A stretch of DNA of 64,000 bases from Promethearchaeota archaeon (GTDB taxonomy: Archaea; Asgardarchaeota; Lokiarchaeia; Sigyniarchaeales; SOKP01), in contig JAHLWS010000079.1 in the NCBI GenBank assembly GCA_019057795.1, forward strand, positions 36,155 through 100,154, given 5' to 3'. This document shows, piece by piece, positions 49,471 through 58,963 of this stretch (positions are counted from its first letter, which is position 1; every line of letters begins with the position of its first letter). The translations under genes were made by a program, and so were the position numbers. The notes under the pieces are model-generated. The model was given only the letters and a program-made list of their open reading frames with translations. It was not told the DNA's origin and did no database searches.

Positions 49471-49839
49471 ATGGTTGTTTTTACTTTTATCGTATGCGCT
49501 GAACCTTACAAATTTGAAGCAATAGATACTATGCTTAACTTAGGAGAGGCAATCTTAAAGAAAGGGCATCAAATTTTGGGTATTTTTTTTTACGGGAGTG
49601 GCGTGTATAACGTCAAACGTGAAATAAATATAAGTTCAACCATGAGAAATCTACCCGAACGCCTTGAGAATTTTATAAAGAAGAATAGCCTAAATCTATC
49701 TGCCTGTAGTACATGGGTCAGCTTCACTGGGCTAAAGTCGGACGATTTTATTGAGGAAGCGCGTCAAGTGGGATTAGGTGGGTTGTCTGAGTGGATGGCA
49801 GAATCAGATAGAGTTATAGTATTTGGTCCAGGGGTGTGA
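49471..49839 (+). CDS. dsrE: DsrE/TusD-like sulfurtransferase subunit
   Basis: IFFYGSGVYN, SAC and GLGGL...SDRVI motifs. Confidence 0.8.
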   Translation: MVVFTFIVCAEPYKFEAIDTMLNLGEAILKKGHQILGIFFYGSGVYNVKREINISSTMRNLPERLENFIKKNSLNLSACSTWVSFTGLKSDDFIEEARQVGLGGLSEWMAESDRVIVFGPGV

Positions 49840-49843
49840 TTTA

Positions 49844-50212
49844 ATGGTTAAATCTGTGGTAATTTTATGCGAAGATTCTCCAATAGGTAAAAATTCTGCT
49901 TTCGAAGCAATCCGTATGGCTGCTGGAATTATGGCAGTAGGGGATTTAGACGAGTGCAAGATTTTATACATTGGTGATTCGGTCTATTTTTTAAGTAAGA
50001 ATTTTGATCCTGAAAAAGTTAACATGGAAACCCCCTCGAACATCTTTAGGTTGATGGAACTATCTGATTTCGAGGTTTACGCGTTAGACTCAGCCTTAGA
50101 AACAGCTGGTATTGAGCCTTCAGATTTGTTAGATTTTGACAACGTAAAAATTGCGAGCTGGAAGGAGATTTCAGCGTTTATTTTAGAAGCAGATGTGTTT
50201 TATAGGTATTAA
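49844..50212 (+). CDS. dsrF: DsrF/TusC-like subunit
   Basis: SPIG...EAIRMA and IGDSVY motifs; second gene of the triad. Confidence 0.75.
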   Translation: MVKSVVILCEDSPIGKNSAFEAIRMAAGIMAVGDLDECKILYIGDSVYFLSKNFDPEKVNMETPSNIFRLMELSDFEVYALDSALETAGIEPSDLLDFDNVKIASWKEISAFILEADVFYRY

Positions 50213-50221
50213 GATGGTATT

Positions 50222-50575
50222 ATGGTGGTACAGATGGAAGAGATAAAAAAATTGGTGTATCTTTTTGGATTTAGCACGAGAAAATGTACATCCATAGATA
50301 ATCTATTTAATATTGTAAAAGAACAGACTAAAGATAAAGCAAATATTACTGTTGTTTTAATCCACGATGGAGTTATAGGAACCTCTAAAAAGGGAGTAAT
50401 GCCCACTTCTTTAAATTTATTGTTAAATCTGCCCATAAATGTATTTGCGATGATACCCGATCTTTTAGCGCGGGGGATTGACCCAGACTCAGTTGACACA
50501 AGAATAAAATGTATTGAATACGATATTCTCGTCGATGTTTTAGCGAAAACTCCAAAGATAGCTTCGTGGATGTAA
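50222..50575 (+). CDS. dsrH: DsrH/TusB-like subunit
   Basis: LIHDGV, DLLARGI and C-terminal SW motifs. Confidence 0.75.
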   Translation: MVVQMEEIKKLVYLFGFSTRKCTSIDNLFNIVKEQTKDKANITVVLIHDGVIGTSKKGVMPTSLNLLLNLPINVFAMIPDLLARGIDPDSVDTRIKCIEYDILVDVLAKTPKIASWM

Positions 50576-50672
50576 CGGTTTATTTATTATATGATAAATT
50601 TTTATTGTTAGATATTTTTATATTCATTAAGTTTTATTTAAGTAAATCCAATACTTAGTAGAGTGATGTTTT

Positions 50673-51458
50673 ACGAAAATAATTGATTTAGAGGAAAAAT
50701 ATAACGGGCTTTATTTTATGTGTCTTGAAGATTGGAGCGACGAGATGAAAGAAGCTGGAGATCACAAGGAGCTTTGGTACAACAAAATGAAAGACAAAGG
50801 GCTTGGCGTTAAAATTGCTGTGACTGAGGACGACAAAGTAGTTGGAATGATACAGTATGTTCCTCTTGAATATTCAACCGCAGAAGGCGATAATTTATAC
50901 TTTATAAATTGTATCTGGGTGCACGGCTACAAAGAGGGCGTTGGGAACTTCCAGAAGAAAGGAATTGGTAAGCGTTTAATAAAAGCTGCTGAAGAAGAAG
51001 TAAAAAGTAAAGGTGCTAAAGGTATTGTAGCATGGGGAGTTACCCTACCTTTTTTTATGAAAGCATCTTGGTTCAAAAAACAAGGATACGTCAAAGTTGA
51101 TAAACAGAGTATTAGCGTTTTACTATGGAAACCTTTTTCTGACGATGCTATTGCGCCTAAATGGATTAAACAGAGAAAAAAGCCAGAAAAAATACCAGGG
51201 AAAGTCTATGTGACCTCCTTTATAAATGGCTGGTGTCCTGGCCAGAACATCGTTTTTGAAAGAGCAAAAAGAGCTTCTTCAGAATTTGGAGATAAAGTAG
51301 TTTTTACAGAAATAGATACATTCAATAGAGAAACTTTTCTAGAGTGGGGGATTTGCGATGCCCTTTTTATTGATGGGAAGGAGATTAGAACAGGACCCCC
51401 GCCATCTTACGAAGATATTAAAAAGAAAATAGGTAAACGAGTCAAGAAATTAAAATAA
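50673..51458 (+). CDS. GNAT acetyltransferase with C-terminal thioredoxin-like domain (probable ACG start)
   Basis: INCIWV, QKKGIG and GWCP motifs; frame extends to ACG-KIIDLEE after GAGTGA. Confidence 0.8.
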   Translation, partial: TKIIDLEEKYNGLYFMCLEDWSDEMKEAGDHKELWYNKMKDKGLGVKIAVTEDDKVVGMIQYVPLEYSTAEGDNLYFINCIWVHGYKEGVGNFQKKGIGKRLIKAAEEEVKSKGAKGIVAWGVTLPFFMKASWFKKQGYVKVDKQSISVLLWKPFSDDAIAPKWIKQRKKPEKIPGKVYVTSFINGWCPGQNIVFERAKRASSEFGDKVVFTEIDTFNRETFLEWGICDALFIDGKEIRTGPPPSYEDIKKKIGKRVKKLK

Positions 51459-51463
51459 TCTTT
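51411..51463 (+). repeat. 53-bp direct repeat, copy 1 (3' end of the GNAT gene)
   Basis: 52/53 identical to 52776-52828. Confidence 0.9.
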
Positions 51464-51478
51464 ATAAAGGCTTTAATT

Positions 51479-52027
51479 TTATGTGTCTGGTAAGCCCAAA
51501 TATCTTGGAGTTTTTTTTAAATATTCTCGGTAGGGATCACCATACTTGTTAGATAAAAATGCTTCCTCAAGTAAAACAGTCCAGTGAAAATATGGTATAG
51601 TAATGATGAAATAAATAAGGAAAATGATGCTCCATACTGATTCAGACCATCCCATCAAAGTCAGCCCCAAATAAAAGATTGTCCATCCAACATAAACTGG
51701 ATTTCTTGAAAAACGATGAATTCTCGTTATAGTAAGTCCGCGGCTGTGTGCGAACGAATACATTGCAAACCCCCCTATGATTATACCCATGATGTAAAAA
51801 AATAAACCAATGTAGAATAGAAATCCAAAATCAACGGGGACAAAGAGGCTAATTATAAATCCTCCTATTAGCCATACCATAGCGATAATAAAGATTTTTT
51901 TACCTTGAAATAAAAATTCAGGGTCATCAAACGGCTCTCCTCGTTTTTTATTAGCCCATACCTGCAAGGAATAGGCGATAACATAACCTATAATATAGAA
52001 AAGCCATAGATTATAGAGAATTGACAT
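51479..52027 (-). CDS. ICMT/PEMT-family membrane methyltransferase
   Basis: SRNPVY, EE..L and YG..Y.EY...TPRY motifs. Confidence 0.85.
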   Translation of the reverse strand: MSILYNLWLFYIIGYVIAYSLQVWANKKRGEPFDDPEFLFQGKKIFIIAMVWLIGGFIISLFVPVDFGFLFYIGLFFYIMGIIIGGFAMYSFAHSRGLTITRIHRFSRNPVYVGWTIFYLGLTLMGWSESVWSIIFLIYFIITIPYFHWTVLLEEAFLSNKYGDPYREYLKKTPRYLGLPDT

Positions 52028-52082
52028 AATTTTTTCACGAAATTTTTATATGATTATTCTAATAAATAATTAAAATTTAGAT

Positions 52083-52628
52083 TTACTTTTTTTTTGGCTT
52101 ACCTAAATATCTTGGTGTATTTTTTAAATATTCTCTGTAGGGATCACCATATTTGTTAGATAAAAATTTTTCTTCTTTTAGTACGCACCAGTGAAGGTAT
52201 GGAATGGTAACGAGGAAATATATGAAAAACATGATGCTCCAAATTGATAAAGACCAACCTATAAGAGATAGACCAAAATAAAAAATTATCCATCCTATAT
52301 AATTCGGGTTTCTTGAATAGCGATGAATTCTTGTTGTAGCAAGTCCGGGTTTCTGCGCAAAGCTATAGAATGTTGCCAATACGATAATTAGACCGATAAT
52401 GCAAAATATTAATCCAAAATAGAATTGAAGTTTAAAATTTACAGGTACAAAAAGACTAATTGCAAATCCTCCAAAGAGCCATATCATGGAAATTAGAAAG
52501 AGTTTTTTATCACTAAATAATAATTCAGGGTCTTCAAAAGGTTCTCCACGCTTCTTATTAGCCCATATTTGAAAAACCATAGCAATACCATATCCAATAA
52601 CATAAAAAAGCCATAGATTAATTGACAT
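52083..52628 (-). CDS. ICMT/PEMT-family membrane methyltransferase, tandem paralog
   Basis: Same motifs; start MSINLWLFY at 52628 by alignment to the paralog. Confidence 0.85.
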   Translation of the reverse strand: MSINLWLFYVIGYGIAMVFQIWANKKRGEPFEDPELLFSDKKLFLISMIWLFGGFAISLFVPVNFKLQFYFGLIFCIIGLIIVLATFYSFAQKPGLATTRIHRYSRNPNYIGWIIFYFGLSLIGWSLSIWSIMFFIYFLVTIPYLHWCVLKEEKFLSNKYGDPYREYLKNTPRYLGKPKKK

Positions 52629-52775
52629 TATTTTTTCACGAAATTTTTCGCCGATTATTTGTAAAATGAAAATCTTATTTTGCATTATTAATAGACACCT
52701 CTATTATAAATCTTTAGGTTAATTTTTTAAATGAATGGAATTATAAATTATTTCATCTAATTTCGTGAATATAAT

Positions 52776-52828
52776 GAAGATATTAAAAAGAAAATAGCTA
52801 AACGAGTCAAGAAATTAAAATAATCTTT
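52776..52828 (+). repeat. 53-bp direct repeat, copy 2
   Basis: Intergenic copy of the GNAT 3' end. Confidence 0.9.
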
Positions 52829-52899
52829 TTTTCATATACTTTTATTAATTCACAAGTTCTATCTTATAATTATTACTATCAAACAATTTTAAGATTATA

Positions 52900-54429
52900 A
52901 TGTCAAAAGTAAAGGATGCGTATAAGGAAATAGAAGGAATAATCGGTTCCGATTATATTTCAGACAAAGACTTTATGAAAGCTGCATATTCTCGAAATGT
53001 TGACCCGGCGTTTCCAGATAGATGGGCGGATATTATAGTTAGGCCAGAATCAACTGAAGAAGTCTCTGACATCGTGAAAATCGCTAATAAGTACAAAATT
53101 CCAATGACTCCCAGAGGTGGTGGCGCAGATCTCGTAGGGGGGTCCGTAAGCGAAGGTGGCATTCTAATAGACTTAACGAGAATGAATAGAATTATTGAAA
53201 TAAATGAAAAGGATTACTATTGCGAAGTTGAATGCGGAATCACCTGGGGTGCGTTGCTTTCGGAATTGCAAAAACAAGGTTTAACAACAGGAGTACTCGG
53301 TCCGGGGAGCGGCTATTCAGCCACTATCGGTGGTGGACTTTCTAATAGTACTGCAGGTTTTGGGTCGACAAAATACGGCGTTATTCCTGACATTTGTTTA
53401 GGTGTCGAAGTAGTTTTACCAAATCCACAAGGAACGATAATTAGGACAGGAGCGGCGGCCAATAAATACGCAAAGCCTTTTTGTAGATATGGAGTTGCTC
53501 CCGATTTTACGGGATTATTTATGGGGGATGTAGGAACTATGGGTATTAAGACTAGAGCTTTCCTACGATTGCATCCCGAGACGCCGTTTAAAGCGCAACG
53601 ATATTATATGTTAAAGAAGAACGATTATAATAAAGTTTCTGAGCTCATGTATAAATTACGGAAAGAAATACGCGACGGATTACACGATGTACTTGTAATC
53701 CCTGTTATTGTAGTTCAATTATTGGCAGGTATGGTGGAAAATAAACCCGTCAAAAGACCGAGATTAAATGGACCGGTCTTTTCAATATTAGTGGAATCTA
53801 CAGATGAGAGGGTGCTAGACATTTACCTTGAACAAATTGAAAATCTTATGAAAGACGATACTCGATCGTTTGAATGGCAAGAAATTGACCCAGAAGCGCC
53901 TTTATCCAAAGATTGGGAATTTAATTTAAATTATGCCTATCACTACTTTAATAAATTTATATCGGTAACCCCACCGAAAATATCGTGCACCACTTGTCAC
54001 AAAGTTCCAATTTCTGCTTTACCTAAAGTAGCAAATTTAAGCAATCAATTTGATATTAACTACCGGGATGAATTTCCACCACAAAGTATTGCATTATTTG
54101 CAACTGTTATATTTCTTTTACCTAACGGTAATTGTGTAGTTGTAGGTGGGTTCAATGCCGACAACATAGATGAACAACGCGAGAAATCCATGAAGATGTG
54201 GCACAAAAAGCTACGTCTTCAAGTTCGATATGGAGGCGTACATTATTGGCTTGGAGAAGCAATTTCTCAATCTATAGTTGAGGCTAATGCCTATACGCCT
54301 GAATTTATTCAATTTTTTAAAGATATGAAAAAAGCTGTAGATCCAAATTACTTGTTAAGCCCTAAAAAGTTTCACATGCACAGTTATGATCACGACCTAT
54401 CAGAACACTTCGTAGAAGAGGAAAATTAG
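52900..54429 (+). CDS. FAD-binding oxidoreductase (GlcD/VAO-PCMH family)
   Basis: PRGGG, IDLTRMN, ATIGG, GTMGI.T and DP...L.P.K motifs. Confidence 0.85.
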   Translation: MSKVKDAYKEIEGIIGSDYISDKDFMKAAYSRNVDPAFPDRWADIIVRPESTEEVSDIVKIANKYKIPMTPRGGGADLVGGSVSEGGILIDLTRMNRIIEINEKDYYCEVECGITWGALLSELQKQGLTTGVLGPGSGYSATIGGGLSNSTAGFGSTKYGVIPDICLGVEVVLPNPQGTIIRTGAAANKYAKPFCRYGVAPDFTGLFMGDVGTMGIKTRAFLRLHPETPFKAQRYYMLKKNDYNKVSELMYKLRKEIRDGLHDVLVIPVIVVQLLAGMVENKPVKRPRLNGPVFSILVESTDERVLDIYLEQIENLMKDDTRSFEWQEIDPEAPLSKDWEFNLNYAYHYFNKFISVTPPKISCTTCHKVPISALPKVANLSNQFDINYRDEFPPQSIALFATVIFLLPNGNCVVVGGFNADNIDEQREKSMKMWHKKLRLQVRYGGVHYWLGEAISQSIVEANAYTPEFIQFFKDMKKAVDPNYLLSPKKFHMHSYDHDLSEHFVEEEN

Positions 54430-54439
54430 GTGATTTAAA

Positions 54440-55240
54440 ATTAGTTTTAAGCGTTCAATAAAAGAGATAGAAGAGAGAAAAGAAAGGTTAAGGACGACGG
54501 AATTTAAAAGTGCTGAAATGATTACCGTTTTATGGGAGACTAAACCTGAGATAGTCGAAATGATTTTACCACCTCCTTTAAAACCTGTTAGCAGACCAGT
54601 AGTTATGTCGTTTATAGCAAATTACGCTAGTACCAATCAAGGATTACCGTATCTTGAAGGTGCTTTGACGTTAAGATGTGAATATAATGGCTTACAAGGA
54701 AATTATTACTTAGCTATGCCCGTAGACGACGATCGCGCGATGATTGGAGGGCGGGAGATTTTTGGATTCCCTAAAAAAATAGCTAAAATACATTTTCATC
54801 GAAAGGATAAAGATGTTGAAGCTTGGTCTGAGCGTCTAGGAGTTAAAAATATTGAAATTAAAGTAAATTTAACGGGTAAATTCAACGATAGCGAAACACC
54901 AAGTATCATAAAAGAGTTGGGTCTTCTTCCGGGAAGAAAGAAAAATACGATTAATTATAACTTCAAGTACTTTCCAGCACCTAATAAAAAGGGTTTTGAT
55001 TACGATCCGTGGTTAGTTAAGCAAGAAACTTCGGTTCGTCCAATATCAATGGAAATGGGTGTAGCTGAAATAAAGTTAAACTCAACTGAGCACGATCCAT
55101 GGGCTGAAGTTGAAGTTGTAAAGGTACTAGGCGCGTTATATCTTAAAACAGACAATACCATGCTTCCTGGAGAGGTTGTTGCTAAGGTAGATCAAAGAGA
55201 TTTTTTACCCTATTCGTTTCTCAAATGGGATTGGTATTAA
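54440..55240 (+). CDS. Acetoacetate decarboxylase-like protein (probable ATT start)
   Basis: YLEG and GREIFGFPKK Schiff-base Lys motif; frame opens at ATT-SFKR after AGGTGA. Confidence 0.85.
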   Translation: MSFKRSIKEIEERKERLRTTEFKSAEMITVLWETKPEIVEMILPPPLKPVSRPVVMSFIANYASTNQGLPYLEGALTLRCEYNGLQGNYYLAMPVDDDRAMIGGREIFGFPKKIAKIHFHRKDKDVEAWSERLGVKNIEIKVNLTGKFNDSETPSIIKELGLLPGRKKNTINYNFKYFPAPNKKGFDYDPWLVKQETSVRPISMEMGVAEIKLNSTEHDPWAEVEVVKVLGALYLKTDNTMLPGEVVAKVDQRDFLPYSFLKWDWY

Positions 55241-55276
55241 TTATATTACAAATCTATTATTTGTTAATATTGAATC

Positions 55277-56812
55277 ATGTCCAAAATTGATAATGTATAC
55301 AAAGAAATTGAAATAACGGTTGGAACAGAATATCTCTCCGATAAAGATTTCATGAAAGCTGCCTATTCTAGAAACGTTGATCCTGCCTTTCCTGATAGAT
55401 GGCCTGATATTATAGTGCGTCCAGAGAATACGGAAGAAGTTTCAGATATTGTAAAAATTGCTAATAAATATAAAATTCCTATAGTACCTCGGGGAGGAGG
55501 GGCCGATTTAGTTGGAGGTGCGACAATTGAAGGGGGAATCCTTATTGATCTTACGCGAATGAATAATATTATTGAAATAAATGAAAAGGATTTCTATTGT
55601 GAGGTAGAATGTGGAGTAACCTGGGGGGCTTTGTTATCAGAACTATACAAAAAAGATTTAACTACAGGTGTTCTTGGTCCCGGAAGTGGATTTTCAGCCA
55701 CAATTGGAGGAGGCCTTTCTAACAGTACCGCTGGTTTTGGGTCTACTAAATATGGTTTAGTTCCAAACATTTGCTTAGGTGTCGAAGTAGTTTTACCAAA
55801 TCCACAAGGAACGATAATTTGGACTGGAGCCGCAGCTAATAAGTACGCAAAACCTTTTTGTAGGTACGGCGTTGCTCCCGATTTTACGGGGCTATTTATG
55901 GGAGATGCAGGAACTATGGGCATAAAAACTAAATGCTCTTTAAGGTTATTCCCTAATTCGCCTTATAAGATACAGAAAAATTACATTCTTAAAAAGGATG
56001 ATTATAATAAAGTTTTTGAGTTAATGTATAAGCTACAAAAAGAAGTTAAAGACGGAATACACGATCTTTATATAAACCCACGCGTAGTAGTACAACTTTT
56101 AGCTTCCCAAGCTAAAATTAGACCCCCAAAAAGAGCTAGACTTAGTGGACCTGTTTTTATGTTTATACTTGAAGCGTTTGACGAGCGAATTTTAGACGTA
56201 TATATTGAGCAAGTAAATAAAATAATGACTAAAGATAACGTTGCAAGGCCTTTTGAATGGACAGAAATTGATATAGATCTAAAATTAGCTAAGGACTGGA
56301 AGTTTGATTTTAAATTTCCTTATAGCTATTTTAACAAATTTATCTCGTTAGCGCCTCCTAAGATATCCTGTACAACTTGTCATAAAATACCAATTTCGTC
56401 CATAGCAGATAGGAAAGAGTTAAACGAGTTGTTTGATAACGAAAATAGAGGTAATTTCCCGGCTCAAAGTTTTTCGTTATTCGCTAGATCAATCCACCTA
56501 TTACCTAATGGTCACTGTATTTTTGCTGGTGGTTTTAATGCCGAAAATGTGGATGATCAGCGTCAAATCGCTATGGATATATGGCATAAAAAGTTAAGGT
56601 ACCAAGTTCAGTATGGGGGTGTACATTATTGGTTAGGAGAATCAATCTCTCAGTCAATAGTAGAAGCCAACGCTTATACTCCCGAATTTCTACAATTTTT
56701 TAAAGATATTAAAAGGGTTTTAGACCCAGATTTTTTATTATCTCCAAATAAATTTCATATGTATAGTTACAATAATGATATAACACAAAATATTATTAAA
56801 AATAAAGAGTAG
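55277..56812 (+). CDS. FAD-binding oxidoreductase, paralog of 52900-54429
   Basis: Same motifs; near-identical N-terminal half. Confidence 0.85.
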   Translation: MSKIDNVYKEIEITVGTEYLSDKDFMKAAYSRNVDPAFPDRWPDIIVRPENTEEVSDIVKIANKYKIPIVPRGGGADLVGGATIEGGILIDLTRMNNIIEINEKDFYCEVECGVTWGALLSELYKKDLTTGVLGPGSGFSATIGGGLSNSTAGFGSTKYGLVPNICLGVEVVLPNPQGTIIWTGAAANKYAKPFCRYGVAPDFTGLFMGDAGTMGIKTKCSLRLFPNSPYKIQKNYILKKDDYNKVFELMYKLQKEVKDGIHDLYINPRVVVQLLASQAKIRPPKRARLSGPVFMFILEAFDERILDVYIEQVNKIMTKDNVARPFEWTEIDIDLKLAKDWKFDFKFPYSYFNKFISLAPPKISCTTCHKIPISSIADRKELNELFDNENRGNFPAQSFSLFARSIHLLPNGHCIFAGGFNAENVDDQRQIAMDIWHKKLRYQVQYGGVHYWLGESISQSIVEANAYTPEFLQFFKDIKRVLDPDFLLSPNKFHMYSYNNDITQNIIKNKE

Positions 56813-56823
56813 ATGGAAATAAG

Positions 56824-58038
56824 ATGACTGAAATAAATCCTAACGAAAAGTTTAAGCACTTAAGCAAGATTGGCCCGACAATTTTACAATGTATAAGTTG
56901 TGGAGATTGTCGAGAAGCTACAGATTATACATCAGATCCCCAAAAATGGGGCGTTTGCGTGGCAAGAGATCATACATCTGGCTTTGAAGCTTTCTTTGGA
57001 AGAGGAAAAATGCAAATTATTCGCTCTCTATGGCAAGGAAAATTAGAGCTGAGCAAAGATATGGCTGAAGTGATTTATCAATGTCCAACTTGTAACGCGT
57101 GCTCTGAAGCTTGCGCCTATGATATGGATAACGCAGTTATTTATGAGGCTTTAAGAGCGGAATTAATTGACGCGGGTTGTGGTCTGGAAGCACACATACC
57201 AATGAATCAGGCAATGGTTGAATTATTAAATCCATATCAGAGAGATAACAAAGAGAAAAAGAATTGGATTGAAAAACTTGATTTTAAGGTAAAAAATGCC
57301 TATTCTGAAAAAGCGGATGTGCTTTATTTTGTTGGGTGCACTGCTGCTCTAACTCCAGAAATTCAAGCAGTAGCTATAAACACAGCGAAAGTACTTCGTA
57401 AACTTGGAGTTGATTTTTCTATTTTTGGAGAACATGAAGTATGTTGCGGAAGCGTAGGTAAGAGAACTGGGGATTTGAAAGCATTCAATTCAGTGGCTGA
57501 GAAAAACTACGAGTTATTCAAAAAAAGTGGCGTTAAAACTATAATTACGAGTTGCGCGGGTTGTTACAGGACTTTAAAAGTAGATTACGCTGATATTATT
57601 GAGGACTTAGAAATTAGAGTGCTTCACACAATAGAGTACATCAAATCTTTTTTAGAGGAAAAAGATATAACTCTTAAGAATTTAGGGATTAATACGACCT
57701 ATCACGACCCCTGTCATACTGGAAGAAATTCTGGCCTTTCACCGCTTTACGAAGAACCAAGGGAGATATTATCAAAAATATCTAATTTAACCGAGATGAA
57801 AACGATTAAAGAGAACGCTAAATGTTGCGGAGCTGGTGGAGGCGTAAAGAAAGGCTTTCCCGATTTAGCATTAGAAATTGCTAAGACTAGAGTTCAGGAA
57901 GCAGAGGAGACTGGAGCAGATTATCTTGTGAGTATATGCCCTTTTTGTTATAGAAATCTAGCGGATGCGATAATCGCTTTAAATTCGAATATTAAGATGA
58001 TTGATCTCATGGAATTAATAGATCAAGCATTGCCATAA
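56824..58038 (+). CDS. GlcF/HdrD-like Fe-S oxidoreductase with CCG domains
   Basis: CISCGDC, CPTCNACSEAC, CCG twice, YHDPC and CPFC motifs. Confidence 0.9.
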   Translation: MTEINPNEKFKHLSKIGPTILQCISCGDCREATDYTSDPQKWGVCVARDHTSGFEAFFGRGKMQIIRSLWQGKLELSKDMAEVIYQCPTCNACSEACAYDMDNAVIYEALRAELIDAGCGLEAHIPMNQAMVELLNPYQRDNKEKKNWIEKLDFKVKNAYSEKADVLYFVGCTAALTPEIQAVAINTAKVLRKLGVDFSIFGEHEVCCGSVGKRTGDLKAFNSVAEKNYELFKKSGVKTIITSCAGCYRTLKVDYADIIEDLEIRVLHTIEYIKSFLEEKDITLKNLGINTTYHDPCHTGRNSGLSPLYEEPREILSKISNLTEMKTIKENAKCCGAGGGVKKGFPDLALEIAKTRVQEAEETGADYLVSICPFCYRNLADAIIALNSNIKMIDLMELIDQALP

Positions 58039-58124
58039 ATAAATAATCAATCCAGTAATTTTAAATTAAAAATTGAAATATTAATAATAGTATTAGTAAA
58101 AATCTAATTTGAGGTGAAAATAAA

Positions 58125-58916
58125 ACGAGTTTTTTAAGATCTTCGGGTGGGTTTATGACTAAAAGAGAAACCGCTGACTTCTACGACGCAGAAATGTTGG
58201 TCGTGTATTGGGAGACAAAACCCGAAATAATAAAACGATTGCTACCACCACCGTTAAAGCCTACGAGCAACCCAATTGCCTACGCGTTTGTCGCCTATTA
58301 TCCTAAAACAAATTTCGGAGTGACATATAACGAAGGCGCTCTTTTTTTAACTGCAGAATTTGACGGTGTAGAAGGTGGTTATTGTCTATCAATGCCGGTT
58401 ACAGACGACCAAGCGTTAGTTGCTGGTCGAGAAGTATTTGGATATCCAAAAAAAATGGCAGATATTTATTTTAAACGTGAAAAGAGAATCGTAGAAGGAT
58501 GGATAGAGCGCCAAGGAACGCGATATTACGAAGTGAAGGCAAAGCTGAACGGAAGATTAAATGCACCTGATGCTATGGAGCTTTTTACTGGCACAATTGG
58601 TGATGGCTCTGAAGTTGTGGCAATAACATATAATTTTAAGCATTTTCCTTCTCCAGATGGTAAGGGTTTTGATTACAACCCGCGGTTAATAAGAGAAGAG
58701 GTTCCATTAAGACCTAAGGAATTAAAACTGGGGAACGCAGAAATTACATTAAGATCATCTGAGAGCGATCCTTGGGGCGAAATAGAGGTGGAAAGAGTTT
58801 TAGGAGCTGCGTATTTAAAGGGAGATAACTCTATGAAAAAGGGATACGTTGTAGCCGAAGTAGAACAAGAAAAATTCTTTCCATATTCTTTTCTAAAGTG
58901 GGATATCGATATGTAA
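58125..58916 (+). CDS. Acetoacetate decarboxylase-like protein, paralog (ACG at 58125 or ATG at 58155)
   Basis: YNEG and GREVFGYPKK motifs. Confidence 0.85.
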   Translation, partial: TSFLRSSGGFMTKRETADFYDAEMLVVYWETKPEIIKRLLPPPLKPTSNPIAYAFVAYYPKTNFGVTYNEGALFLTAEFDGVEGGYCLSMPVTDDQALVAGREVFGYPKKMADIYFKREKRIVEGWIERQGTRYYEVKAKLNGRLNAPDAMELFTGTIGDGSEVVAITYNFKHFPSPDGKGFDYNPRLIREEVPLRPKELKLGNAEITLRSSESDPWGEIEVERVLGAAYLKGDNSMKKGYVVAEVEQEKFFPYSFLKWDIDM

Positions 58917-58963
58917 TTTAATTAATTTTAATGAAAATAAATCTCTTTTTTTCTTTTAATTCT

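Noticed and set aside
43971-49839. TGA stops of tusA and dsrE as selenocysteine codons
   Set aside because: They fall at normal family C-termini, not at catalytic Cys positions
53399-55819. Identical ~45-bp stretch shared by the two FAD oxidoreductase paralogs
   Set aside because: Lies in the most conserved part of the FAD domain; gene conversion cannot be distinguished from conservation by eye
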